Source: an uncultured Methanosarcinales archaeon
GTDB taxonomy: Archaea; Nanobdellota; Nanobdellia; Woesearchaeales; DSVV01
Assembly (NCBI GenBank): GCA_964453185.1
Contig: CAYVNN010000004.1
Span: 128,706-192,705, forward strand
Direction of reading: 5' to 3'
Length of the DNA stretch: 64,000 nt
In this document: positions 8,365 through 17,813 of the stretch, piece after piece
Position numbering within the stretch: position 1 is the first letter of the stretch
Layout of the letters: each line of letters begins with the position of its first letter
Notes under the pieces: model-generated
Databases searched by the model: none
Told to the model about the DNA's origin: nothing
The model's input: the letters and a program-made list of their open reading frames with translations, nothing else
Position numbers and translations under genes: made by a program

Positions 8365-10191
8365 ATGAACGATAAATTTAAGAAATTTATGGTGTTTAAA
8401 AGTTTTTCAAACTTTATAAACAATAAAAAGGTATTAGTTTCTGTATTGATTATAATTAGTTTAATGTTTTTAATGGGACAGGTTAGTTGTAGTCCTATGT
8501 CTTTAATATGTACTTCTGATGAAGAAGGTGGAACACAATGTGATGATGGTTATGTTTATGAATGTGTGTTTGAATCAGGTACATATGTATGGGAATCAAC
8601 TGGTTCAACATGTGAATATGATACTGAATCTGATTGTACAAATTCAACAGATGACGACGACGACGGTTATACTGATTGTGCAGATCCTGACTGTGATGCA
8701 TTAACTGGTCCAAGTGGAGAAACCTGTGAATATGGTGCAGAAACAACATGTACTGATACATATGATAATGATGCAGATGGTTCTGCAGATTGTGATGATA
8801 CTGATTGTAGTACTGATAGTAGTTGTTGTACTGCAACAGAAACTACTGAAGCGACATGTGATGATTCAGTAGATAATGATTGTGATGGTACTACTGATTG
8901 TTCAGATAGTGATTGTTCAGCTGTTGATGTATGTTTAAGTGCAGAATGTACATTAGATTCCGAATGTGAAACATTATATGGAACTGGTTATATTTGTAAT
9001 ACTTCAGGTTATTGTGAATTAAGTACAACAGAGGATAATACAACAAATACAACAACTGAAGATTGTACCAATGGAGTAGATGATGATAATGATAGTTTAG
9101 TTGATTGTAATGATACAACTGATTGTCCATGTGATTCAGGATATAGTTGTAATACAACAAGCGCATTGTGTGAATTAGATTCAACTACAACTACAGAAAA
9201 TTGTACTAATTCAACAGATGATGATGGAGATGGAGATATAGATTGTGCTGATTCTGATTGTAATGCGTCAACTGGTTCAAGTGGAGAAACATGTGAATAT
9301 GGAACAGAGTTAACATGTAATGATGGTTATGATAATGATGGTGATGATTTAATTGATTGTTTTGACGATGATTGTAGTAGTTATACTACTTGTGATCTGA
9401 TCAATGCTTTTGCTAATTATGAAGCAGTAAGTACTGATCCTGATAATAGTATTTTATCATGTGATGCTGCATGTGCAGAAGAAGGATTGATTTGTGTACA
9501 AACAGAAGCATATAAGGATACAAGTTCTTCTTATGATGCTACTGGTTTGTTAGGATCAAAAAATTTTAATTTGAATTGTAGTTATGAAGCTGAACATGGT
9601 TATACTTATAGATGTAAATGTGTTGATTTAAGTAGTTATTCAGATCTTGCAACAACACTTTCAGGTCATAGTTTATATGCTACTAATTCAAGTTGTAATT
9701 ATGTTTGTGGAGCTAATTCAAAATTATGTGTTCATGCAGAAAAGGCTAGAATGAATGATAGTATTTATGATTATACTGGTGTTACAAGTAGTTGTTCATC
9801 ATCAGGATCAACTAAAGTAACCATGGTTGATCTTCCGTTAATAACTGGTGCAGCGGTTGTAAATGATAGTGACTCACCAATTCCAGAAGCAGAAAAGATG
9901 GATACAACTTCACATAATTATACAAAGCATTGTAGTTGTGTAGATGAACTTTCAGATTATTCTGAGTTTTTAACTCTATTGAATGATTATGATTATGATC
10001 TTACAGATCCTAGTAATGCTGATGAAGATACTTGTGATGAGGTATGTAATGATATGGATAAATTCTGTATAGGGGTTGAAGCATATACCGATAGTAGCAA
10101 TATAACATTTAGTTTTACTGGTGCATTGGGTTATAGGTCTAGAACTTGTGATTATGAATCATCAACTATAAATAGATGCAAGTGTATCTAA
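8365..10191 (+). CDS. Large secreted acidic Cys-rich surface protein: TSP3-like repeats plus a triplicated C-terminal ~75-aa six-Cys module
   Basis: Start MNDKF... follows SD gaggtg; the track start at 8350 is less likely. Signal/TM segment VLVSVLIIISLMFLMGQVSC. Repeats such as CTNSTDDDDDGYTDCADPDCD. Three C-terminal modules ending ...YTYRCKCV / NRCKCI. Paralog of the 10303 ORF. Confidence 0.65.
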   Translation: MNDKFKKFMVFKSFSNFINNKKVLVSVLIIISLMFLMGQVSCSPMSLICTSDEEGGTQCDDGYVYECVFESGTYVWESTGSTCEYDTESDCTNSTDDDDDGYTDCADPDCDALTGPSGETCEYGAETTCTDTYDNDADGSADCDDTDCSTDSSCCTATETTEATCDDSVDNDCDGTTDCSDSDCSAVDVCLSAECTLDSECETLYGTGYICNTSGYCELSTTEDNTTNTTTEDCTNGVDDDNDSLVDCNDTTDCPCDSGYSCNTTSALCELDSTTTTENCTNSTDDDGDGDIDCADSDCNASTGSSGETCEYGTELTCNDGYDNDGDDLIDCFDDDCSSYTTCDLINAFANYEAVSTDPDNSILSCDAACAEEGLICVQTEAYKDTSSSYDATGLLGSKNFNLNCSYEAEHGYTYRCKCVDLSSYSDLATTLSGHSLYATNSSCNYVCGANSKLCVHAEKARMNDSIYDYTGVTSSCSSSGSTKVTMVDLPLITGAAVVNDSDSPIPEAEKMDTTSHNYTKHCSCVDELSDYSEFLTLLNDYDYDLTDPSNADEDTCDEVCNDMDKFCIGVEAYTDSSNITFSFTGALGYRSRTCDYESSTINRCKCI

Positions 10192-10211
10192 TTTTTTCTT
10201 TTATTTTTCTT

Positions 10212-10230
10212 TTTTACAAAAGTTTTAAAT
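10212..10230 (+). promoter_or_regulatory. BRE/TATA-like promoter TTTTTACAAAAGTTTTAAATAG
   Basis: Same TTTTTACAAAAG leader as the sibling promoters, with a degenerate TATA. Confidence 0.4.
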
Positions 10231-10302
10231 AGTATAATATGTGTAAATTATATTTAAATAGTCATAATTATATATTAAATAAAAACTTTGAGGTGTTTAG
10301 AT

Positions 10303-12318
10303 ATGGATAAAAAGATTGTAATTTCTATTTTAGTTATAATTAGTTTAATGTTTTTAATGGGACAAGTGGGTTGTACAACTCCTTCGTTTTCATTGATTTG
10401 TACAGGTGATCAGGAAGGAGAAACTGATTGTTTAAGTGGGTATACATATGAATGTTCATTTGATGCATTTGGTAATTATGTATGGGAATCAACTGGTTCA
10501 ACATGTGAAGCATTTGAGAATGAAACTTTAGATTTAAGTGTTGCAGATGTTGATTTTGATCCTGTAGATCCTATTATTAGTGAAAATATAAGTGTATGGG
10601 CTAATATTACTAATGATGGTAATACTTCTGTTACATATGATGAAATGACAATTGCTTTATATGATATTACTTCAACATCAACTTTATTACAAGAATTAAT
10701 TGTATCTGATCAAACAGGAACAGGAGATTTTGCTTCAGGTGAATCTGTCTTAGTAACATTTGATGTATTTAGTTATAGTGCAAATGGTACATATGAATTA
10801 CAAGTTTACTTAGATCCAACAAATCAACTTGGAGAAGCAATCAGGAGTGATAATTCATACAGATATATTTATGTTACAGTTGGAGATGGAGTGAGTGATA
10901 ATACAACAACTGTTATTGAAACTTGTAGTGATGGAATACAAAATCAAGATGAAACTGGTGTTGATTGTGGAGGAAGCGTTTGTAGTGCATGTACAACTAG
11001 TACAAGTGCAGATCTTGGATCATTTAATGTGACTGATGTAACAAATCTTGCTTCATCAGATCCAACAGCAATTGAAAATAAATTGTATATATACACAAAT
11101 GAAAGTACATCAACAATTGGTAATCTTGATTCGTCTAATGTGTATTCTGATTATGATACACATAATCCTAGTTCAGCATCACCATTGGTGTTCGGTGTTT
11201 CTTATCTTGGTGATTCTAGTCAACAAATTGTTTTAGTTCAAGCAGATGTTGGAAATCTTTATGTTTTTTTACCTGACATGGTTTATTCATCTGGTACATT
11301 AAAATTATTTGTTGCAGAGAATGGTTCAACATATTATGCAGATGATGCACATGATGGTTCAGGAACAGCTTTAGGTGTTGAAGAAGCATTAGTTTCAGAT
11401 CATTTAGCAAGACAGGCAGAACAATCATATGAATGTTATAATGATGCATTTTGTGAAGCATTGTATGGAACTACTTATGATTGTAATACTACTAGTTATG
11501 TCTGTGAACCAGAAATAGTAGGTCCAGAGAATTGTACAAATTTAGTTGATGATGATAGTGATTTATTAGTTGATTGTGATGATAGTGATTGTAACAGTGA
11601 ATGTTTAGAGGGAGTTTATAGTACATATATGGTTTCTAATACTGACCCAAGTAACTCTTCGTTAAACTCATGTAATGAGGTTTGTGATAATTTGGGAGGA
11701 TTAACTTGTATGCATGTTGAAACCTATGTTGATAATTCTGGTGCTTATACAGATGGTACTGGTTTATTGGGTGGTGGAAATAGAGATTTAAATTGTAGTT
11801 TTGAACCTTCCTATGATTATACATATAGATGTGGGTGTTTAGAATTAAGTAGTTATTCTAATTTAAGTGTAGATACTTCAAATTTTGAATTAAAACAAGC
11901 AAGTACTTCTAGATCATGTGATGAAAGATGTGCAGATGTTGGAATGATATGTACACACGCAGAAATGGATAAATATGATGGTAATCTCTTAGATTATTCT
12001 GGTGTTATTATTAATTGTTCAGTAGTTGATACTGAATATAATAAACATTGTAAATGTGTTCAAGAAACAACAGGTTATGAGGATTTTTTAACTTTGTTAA
12101 ATGGTTATAGTGTTGTTGTTTCTGATCCAAATAACACTAGTATGAATTCATGTGATGAAGCATGTACAACAATTGGAAAAGAGTGTATTGGTGTTGAGAA
12201 TTATTTATCAACTTCTGGTGTGGTTATGAGTGAGACTGGTTTAGTTTACTATGCATCGTCACATCCAGATTATTGCTCTATGTCTTATTATTATTACTTT
12301 AATTGTAAGTGCATCTAA
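10303..12318 (+). CDS. Large secreted Cys-rich surface protein with a CARDB-like domain, a CSDGIQNQDETGVDCGG motif and the triplicated C-terminal six-Cys module
   Basis: Start MDKKIVIS... after SD gaggtg. The N-terminus is conserved with the 8365 protein (…GYTYECSF…VWESTGSTCE). The CARDB-like segment is DLSVADVDFDPVDP...GEAIRSDNSYRYIYV. The C-terminal 3x module ends FNCKCI. Confidence 0.65.
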   Translation: MDKKIVISILVIISLMFLMGQVGCTTPSFSLICTGDQEGETDCLSGYTYECSFDAFGNYVWESTGSTCEAFENETLDLSVADVDFDPVDPIISENISVWANITNDGNTSVTYDEMTIALYDITSTSTLLQELIVSDQTGTGDFASGESVLVTFDVFSYSANGTYELQVYLDPTNQLGEAIRSDNSYRYIYVTVGDGVSDNTTTVIETCSDGIQNQDETGVDCGGSVCSACTTSTSADLGSFNVTDVTNLASSDPTAIENKLYIYTNESTSTIGNLDSSNVYSDYDTHNPSSASPLVFGVSYLGDSSQQIVLVQADVGNLYVFLPDMVYSSGTLKLFVAENGSTYYADDAHDGSGTALGVEEALVSDHLARQAEQSYECYNDAFCEALYGTTYDCNTTSYVCEPEIVGPENCTNLVDDDSDLLVDCDDSDCNSECLEGVYSTYMVSNTDPSNSSLNSCNEVCDNLGGLTCMHVETYVDNSGAYTDGTGLLGGGNRDLNCSFEPSYDYTYRCGCLELSSYSNLSVDTSNFELKQASTSRSCDERCADVGMICTHAEMDKYDGNLLDYSGVIINCSVVDTEYNKHCKCVQETTGYEDFLTLLNGYSVVVSDPNNTSMNSCDEACTTIGKECIGVENYLSTSGVVMSETGLVYYASSHPDYCSMSYYYYFNCKCI

Positions 12319-12342
12319 ACTTTTTTTCTTTTCTTTTTTTCG
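12319..12342 (+). terminator. Oligo-T terminator
   Basis: actttttttcttttcttttttt after the stop. Confidence 0.4.
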
Positions 12343-12455
12343 TTAACTTTATATACTTCTTAGGTTGTTTTTGATTTTGATGAGAGAAGGAAGGAGTGGA
12401 AAAAAGAAACTTTCTTCTATGGAAATATGTTATATCAGAAGGTGAATATAAGCAA

Positions 12456-12809
12456 ATGGGTAAATTAAAGCCATTATTGCCTAGTTTAAAGGAGAAAAAG
12501 CGTTATTTGGCTTTTAATGTTATAACAAAAGCTAAATCCCTTACATATGGTGCAATTTGTGATGCTATTAATAATAGTTTTAAGGAATTGTATGGTGAGG
12601 TAGGTTTAGCAGATGCAGGGCTTATATTTGTCAAAGACAAGTTTAATAAGAAAACAATGACTGGGATAGTAAGAGTGAATAATAAATTAGTCGATAAATT
12701 AAAATTATCATTATCAATGATAAAGAAAATTGATAACACTAATGTTGTTGTTAGAAGTGTTGGTGTTAGTGGAGTTTTGAAAAAAGCAGAGGAGAAATAT
12801 TTAAAATAA
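12456..12809 (+). CDS. pop5: RNase P protein subunit Pop5 (Rpp14 homolog)
   Basis: MGKLKPLLPSLKEKKRYLAFNV...VRSVGVSGVLKKAEEKY matches the archaeal Pop5 pattern (LPPTLRDKKRYIAF ... VLGVSGTIKRLK). SD aggtga is 9 nt upstream. The track alternative start is 12396. Confidence 0.8.
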   Translation: MGKLKPLLPSLKEKKRYLAFNVITKAKSLTYGAICDAINNSFKELYGEVGLADAGLIFVKDKFNKKTMTGIVRVNNKLVDKLKLSLSMIKKIDNTNVVVRSVGVSGVLKKAEEKYLK

Positions 12810-12834
12810 ATTTGTTAAAGCGAGGTGATTTACT

Positions 12835-13566
12835 ATGCAACCTATGAACCATCAATTAATGGGATATGACAGGGCGATTACAATGTTTAGTCCTGACGGA
12901 AGGTTATTGCAAGTTGAATATGCAAAGAAAACAGTTAAACAAGGAAGTACAGCAATTGGAATGATTTGTTCTGATGGTGTTTTACTTGTTACAGATAAAA
13001 GAGTAGTAGATAGTTTAATTATTCCAGAGTCTGTAGAAAAAATTTTCAAAATAGATGAACATATTGCTGCTACAGCGTCAGGGATTTTGTCTGATGCAAG
13101 AGTCTTAATAGAAAGAGCTCAAGTAAAAGCACAACAATATAGAGTTACATTTGATAGTCCAACAGATGCTTTATCAATTGTTAAGGATTTATGTAATCTA
13201 AAACAACTTTGTACACAATCAGGTGGATTAAGACCTTTTGGTGTTTCAATTTTGTTAGCAGGTGTTGATGAAAAAGGGTTTAGTTTGTATCAAACAGATC
13301 CAACTGGTATTTATTTTCAATACAAAGCAACTGTTATTGGTGAGGGTGAAGCAGAGATTGAGGAAATCTTGCATAAAGAATACAAAGAAAGTCTTACTAT
13401 TGAACAAGGTATGAAGTTAGCAATTAAATCATTAAGTAAGATTTTAGGTGAAAATTTTAGTCTGGAAAGAGTTGATTGTGTTTATATTAAGAAAAACACA
13501 AATAAATTCACACGAGCAACAAAACAAAAATTAGCTAGTGTTTATTCAGATGTAAAAAAGAAATAA
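12835..13566 (+). CDS. psmA: Proteasome alpha subunit
   Basis: YDRAITMFSPDGRLLQVEYA, the canonical alpha-subunit N-terminus, at the conserved superoperon position after Pop5. Confidence 0.9.
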   Translation: MQPMNHQLMGYDRAITMFSPDGRLLQVEYAKKTVKQGSTAIGMICSDGVLLVTDKRVVDSLIIPESVEKIFKIDEHIAATASGILSDARVLIERAQVKAQQYRVTFDSPTDALSIVKDLCNLKQLCTQSGGLRPFGVSILLAGVDEKGFSLYQTDPTGIYFQYKATVIGEGEAEIEEILHKEYKESLTIEQGMKLAIKSLSKILGENFSLERVDCVYIKKNTNKFTRATKQKLASVYSDVKKK

Positions 13567-14280
13567 GTGATTAAAATGGTAGATGTTGATAAAGCAATAA
13601 TTGCAAGGTACAAAACACATGGTGCTGTTTTTGAAGTACTTGTTGATTGTGATAACGCTTTAAAACTAAAAAGTGGAGCAGAAATTGATTTGAAAGATAT
13701 TTTAGCATCTGAAAAAATTTTTTCTGATTCAAAAAAAGGATTGTTAGCTTCAGAAAATCAACTGAAGCAAGTGTTTGGTACAGAGGATGTTTTAGAAATT
13801 GCAAAAAGTGTAATTTTAAAAGGAGATGTACAATTAACTGCTGATTATAAAGCAAAGTTAATGAATGAAAAAAGAAGTAGAATTTTAACTTTTATTCAGA
13901 GAAATGGGGTTGATCCAAAAACACATTTGCCTCATCCAATGAAACGTATTGAGTTAGCATTTGATGAAGCAAAGATTAAGATTGACGAATACAAGAATGA
14001 AGAACAACAGACATCAGATATACTTAATAAACTAAGACCAATTCTGCCAATTAAGTTTGAAAGAAAAGAAATTGCATTAAGAATCCCAGCAAATTTTGCA
14101 GGAAAAGCTTATTCTGTTATTCAAACTACAACAAAATTATTACAAGAAGAATGGCAGTCAGATGGATCATTAGTTTGTAAGGTAGATATTCCTGCTGGAG
14201 TACAGGCTGATTTAATGGATAAATTAAATAATCTTACTCATGGGGAAGTTGATGTTAAAGTTTTAAAGGTTAAAAATTAG
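13567..14280 (+). CDS. sdo1: SBDS/Sdo1 ribosome maturation protein
   Basis: ARYKTHGAVFEVLVDCDNALKLK..., the SBDS N-terminal FYSH domain, at the conserved position between psmA and rrp4. Confidence 0.8.
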   Translation: MIKMVDVDKAIIARYKTHGAVFEVLVDCDNALKLKSGAEIDLKDILASEKIFSDSKKGLLASENQLKQVFGTEDVLEIAKSVILKGDVQLTADYKAKLMNEKRSRILTFIQRNGVDPKTHLPHPMKRIELAFDEAKIKIDEYKNEEQQTSDILNKLRPILPIKFERKEIALRIPANFAGKAYSVIQTTTKLLQEEWQSDGSLVCKVDIPAGVQADLMDKLNNLTHGEVDVKVLKVKN

Positions 14281-14301
14281 ATTAAATGGAGTGATGTAAA
14301 A

Positions 14302-15027
14302 ATGGGAGAACTATTAGTAAAAAATAAGGAACTTGTAGTTCCAGGACAGCAAGTTGCAAAAGGTATGGACAACTTGCCAGGTAAAGGGACATATAGAAAT
14401 GGAGATTTCATAATTGCCTCTAAACTGGGATTAATAAGTGTAGATGGAAGAGCAATTAAAATAATTTCCATGTCTGGAAGATATCTTCCAAAGGCAGGAG
14501 ACACAATAATTGGGAAAGTTGTTGACATAACAATGAGTGGTTGGAGAGTAGAAATAAATTCAGCATACACTTCAATGTTGACATTAAAAGATGCAAGTTC
14601 TGATTTCATAGCAAGAAATGCAGACTTAACAAAATATTTTGCATTAGGTGATTATCTTGTAGCAAAAATTGTTAATGTTACATCTCAAAAATTAATTGAT
14701 GTCACAACAAAAGGTCCAGGTTTAAGAAAATTACCTCGTGGAAGAATTGTGAAAGTTAATTGTAATAAAGTTCCAAGGATAATTGGTAAACAAGGATCAA
14801 TGGTTACAATGATTAAAGATGCAACAGGTTGTAGAATTACTGTTGGTCAAAATGGTTTGATTTGGTTAGAAGGTGAACCTGAGAAAGAGATTCTTGCAGT
14901 TAATACAATAAAAATGATTGAAAGTCAATCACATGTTCCTGGGTTAACTGATAAAATTAAAGTGTTTTTAGAAAAAAGTACAAAAACAAAATTAAGTAAT
15001 GGAACTAAAGTAGTTAAAGGTGAATAA
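14302..15027 (+). CDS. rrp4: Exosome complex RNA-binding protein Rrp4 (S1 + KH)
   Basis: An S1 domain followed by the KH motif GKQGSMVTMIKDATGCRITVGQNG. Overlaps rrp41 start. Confidence 0.8.
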   Translation: MGELLVKNKELVVPGQQVAKGMDNLPGKGTYRNGDFIIASKLGLISVDGRAIKIISMSGRYLPKAGDTIIGKVVDITMSGWRVEINSAYTSMLTLKDASSDFIARNADLTKYFALGDYLVAKIVNVTSQKLIDVTTKGPGLRKLPRGRIVKVNCNKVPRIIGKQGSMVTMIKDATGCRITVGQNGLIWLEGEPEKEILAVNTIKMIESQSHVPGLTDKIKVFLEKSTKTKLSNGTKVVKGE

Positions 15028-15745
15028 AATGGGTTATTCAAAGAGATATGATGGAAGAAAATTTGATGAGTTAAGGCCAATTGAGGCTAAAGCTGGCGTA
15101 ATTAAAAATGCAGATGGTTCTGCTTTTTTTAAGATTGGGAAAACAGTTGCATATGCTGCTGTTTATGGTCCAAGGGAACTTTATCCTAGATTTTTACAAA
15201 ATCCTAAAACAGGAATCTTGAGATGTAATTATAATATGATGCCATTCTCTGGAATGGGTGATAGAGTTAGACCAGGGCCAAGTAGAAGATCTAAAGAGAT
15301 TTCAATGGTTACACAAAAGGCTTTAAATCCTGTAATTAATTTGGAAGAATGGCCAAATGCAGTTGTTGATGTTTTTATTGAGTTAACACAAACTGATGCT
15401 GGGTCAAGATGTGCAGGAATTTGTGCAGCATCAATTGCTTTGGCAGATGCGGGAATTCCTATGAAGGATCTTGTTGCAGCGGTATCTGTTGGTTTAGTCG
15501 ACGATAAAGTTGTTGTTGATCTTGATTATAAGGAAGAAGCTTATGAAGGTGGACCTGTTGCAGATATTCCTTTTGCATACATTCCTTCTTTAGGACAGTT
15601 TTCTCTTCTTCAGATGGATGGAGAGATTTCTAAGGAAAATTTGTTTAAGGCCTTAGAAAAAGCAAAGGTAATTAGTGAAAACCTGATTGAAATTCAAAGA
15701 AATGCTTTGAAAGAAAAATATAGTTTAGATGGTGATTCAAAATGA
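15020..15745 (+). CDS. rrp41: Exosome catalytic subunit Rrp41 (RNase PH fold)
   Basis: [27 protein letters not shown], the RNase PH phosphate-binding region. Overlapping starts and stops with its neighbours. Confidence 0.85.
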   Translation: [241 protein letters not shown]

Positions 15746-16512
15746 GTGATAATGACAAAGAACATTTATTGAAATTTCTCAATAAAAAGATAAGGTTTGA
15801 TGGAAGGAAATTTGACCAATTTAGAGATGTTAATATTGAATATGACATTTCAGCTAATGCAGAAGGTTCAGCAAAGATTCAAATTGGTGAGACTGTTGTT
15901 GTTGCTGGTGTTAAAATGTTAGTTGGTGCACCGTTTCCAGATAGACCTGATGAAGGAGCAATTATGGTAAATGCTGAACTTTTACCTTTATCAAGTCCTG
16001 ATTTTGAGTCAGGTCCTCCAAGTATTGATGCAATTGAGTTAGCAAGAGTTGTTGACAGAGGAATTAGGGAAAGTAAGGCAGTAGATCTTAAGAAATTATG
16101 CATTAAGAAAGGGGAAACATGTTGGATTGTTTCAATTGATATTTGTACCTTAAATGTTGCAGGTAATTTATTTGATGCATCTACATTAGCAGCAATGGCT
16201 GCATTGACAAAAGCAAAGTTTCCAAAGTATGAGGACGGAACTGTTGACTATAAAGAACATACTGATAAGGGATTGGATTTAGAAAAAGTTCCAATTGGTG
16301 TAACTGTTCTGAAAATTGGAGATGCGCTTTTGGTTGATCCATTAAATGAAGAAGAAATTCATTTAGATGCAAGATTAACAATAACATCAACAAAAGATGG
16401 TACTATCTGTGCCTTACAGAAAGGTGGATCTGAAACATTGTCTTTGGATGATATTAAGTCAATGGTTGAACTTGCATTAAAGAAATCAAGTGAATTAAGA
16501 AAAAAATTATAA
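15742..16512 (+). CDS. rrp42: Exosome subunit Rrp42 (RNase PH-like, non-catalytic)
   Basis: RFDGRKFDQFRDVNIE..., a second RNase PH-like ORF directly after rrp41. Confidence 0.8.
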   Translation: MSDNDKEHLLKFLNKKIRFDGRKFDQFRDVNIEYDISANAEGSAKIQIGETVVVAGVKMLVGAPFPDRPDEGAIMVNAELLPLSSPDFESGPPSIDAIELARVVDRGIRESKAVDLKKLCIKKGETCWIVSIDICTLNVAGNLFDASTLAAMAALTKAKFPKYEDGTVDYKEHTDKGLDLEKVPIGVTVLKIGDALLVDPLNEEEIHLDARLTITSTKDGTICALQKGGSETLSLDDIKSMVELALKKSSELRKKL

Positions 16513-16548
16513 TTTTTTCTTTTGTTTTTTCTATTCTTTTTTAACTAT
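16513..16548 (+). terminator. Oligo-T terminator after the exosome operon
   Basis: ttttttcttttgttttttctattctttttt. Confidence 0.4.
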
Positions 16549-16559
16549 TTTCTGTTTAG

Positions 16560-16712
16560 TTAACATCCACAAAAGTTAATATTTAATGGAATTACATTAT
16601 AGAACATTAGGAATGCTAGAATTATTCCAATTACTAATCCAACTCCAAATCCCTTGAATACATCTGTCCATAGTCCGACAAATGCTTTTTTGTTTTTTAT
16701 TATTTTCATCAT
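16560..16712 (-). CDS. Small hydrophobic membrane peptide (50 aa), unannotated by the ORF track
   Basis: Minus-strand MMKIIKNKKAFVGLWTDVFKGFGVGLVIGIILAFLMFYNVIPLNINFCGC. SD GAGGTG (plus 16716-16721) lies 4 nt upstream. Single TM helix. Confidence 0.4.
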   Translation of the reverse strand: MMKIIKNKKAFVGLWTDVFKGFGVGLVIGIILAFLMFYNVIPLNINFCGC

Positions 16713-16755
16713 ATACACCTCATTGTATTATATTATATATCTTAAAAGATGTTGA

Positions 16756-17193
16756 TTAAGCATATCTTCTGATCATATCAACCATTTTTATACTTCTTTT
16801 TGCTCCACTTTTGATATGTCCTTTTATTTCTTCAACTTCTTTTCCTATAGCTTTCATTTCTGCTTGCTTTGAATCTAATAATGGCTTTACTTGTGCCATC
16901 ATTGTAGGGTCTTTATTGAATTTTTTAGCATGTGAATAAAGTCCTTCAATTTCTTTAGTTACTGTTTTCATAATAGCTTTATACTCTTCTTCTAATCTCA
17001 TTAGTTTAATTTGCATAGTTTCTTCTACTTCCTCAAGAAGCCGTAATCTTGCTTTTATATGTCTAATTCTTTCATGATTACTTTTTGCAGTTTTTGTAGC
17101 TTCTTCATATCTATTAATTTCAGCGACCCAATTAATTACTGCTCTGTTTAAACCAGGGCCATGACCTTTATCAGTTACTACTATGAAAATCAC
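16756..17193 (-). CDS. Hypothetical coiled-coil protein (145 aa)
   Basis: K/E-rich heptad-like sequence with no recognisable catalytic motif. Start is uncertain; GTG at 17191 is read as Met. Confidence 0.4.
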   Translation of the reverse strand: MIFIVVTDKGHGPGLNRAVINWVAEINRYEEATKTAKSNHERIRHIKARLRLLEEVEETMQIKLMRLEEEYKAIMKTVTKEIEGLYSHAKKFNKDPTMMAQVKPLLDSKQAEMKAIGKEVEEIKGHIKSGAKRSIKMVDMIRRYA

Positions 17194-17368
17194 CTTTTTT
17201 ATGGAATATCATCCTTATAGATAATTCTGTGGTTTTGAATATTTAAACTTTTGCTATTTCAGTGTTTAATTATACTTGTTATGCACAAAAATGCAGAAAA
17301 CTTTGGATAATAACCTAGTTGAATGCATTTAATATGTTAATTCAACAAGTTTTTGCATTTTTGGCATC

Positions 17369-17413
17369 CTAGAAATCCTATCAATATATAATATGGGGTA
17401 ATAGGATTTCTAT
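17369..17413 (+). promoter_or_regulatory. Perfect 12-bp inverted repeat (CTAGAAATCCTAT ... ATAGGATTTCTA) upstream of the Sm gene promoter
   Basis: Palindrome arms separated by 19 bp. ATATGGGGT occurs as a direct repeat at 17390 and 17431. The TATA cttatatatttta and SD ggagg follow. Confidence 0.35.
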
Positions 17414-17493
17414 GATATCGATACCTTTATATATGGGGTGGCCATCTCAACAGATGTCTTATATATTTTATTTAATTTTTTGGAGGAAACAAA

Positions 17494-17721
17494 ATGGAAA
17501 CATCAAGACCATTAGATGCCTTAAACAAGGCTAGAAATAAAAGAGTAATTGTTGAACTTAAGAACGGTAAACAAATTGCAGGAGAATTAAAAGCATTTGA
17601 TATTCATATTAATGTGGTATTAGATAATGCCGAAGAAAGAGCAGACGGTGAAGTTAAAAGAAAGATGGGAACTATCTTTTTAAGGGGAGATACAATTATT
17701 ATAATTTCACCAGCAGAATAA
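17494..17721 (+). CDS. Sm-like archaeal protein (SmAP/LSm)
   Basis: 75 aa. PLDALNKARNKRVIVELKNGKQIAGELKAFDIHINVVLDNAEE matches the Sm1/Sm2 motif layout. Confidence 0.85.
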   Translation: METSRPLDALNKARNKRVIVELKNGKQIAGELKAFDIHINVVLDNAEERADGEVKRKMGTIFLRGDTIIIISPAE

Positions 17722-17813
17722 ATTTAAATTATTTATTCATTGTTTATTTTCATATGTTGATTTTAAATTAAAAGAGTTGAAATGATTAAAAATTATGTTA
17801 TTAGGTGGTATTA

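Noticed and set aside
7339-9184. Minus-strand ORFs of 60-113 aa rich in His/Leu/Asn/Gln (7339-7656, 7811-7999, 7939-8268, 8495-8836, 8891-9184) inside the Cys-rich genes.
   Set aside because: They are antisense read-throughs of GAT/GAC/TGT-rich coding repeats: no SD, low-complexity composition, and fully overlapped by well-supported plus-strand genes.
12396-12455. Longer Pop5 start at 12396 given by the ORF track.
   Set aside because: An AGGTGA SD sits 9 nt before the ATG at 12456 and Pop5 homologs begin near the LLPSLKEKKRY motif. The upstream extension has no SD at proper spacing. It is kept as an alternative.
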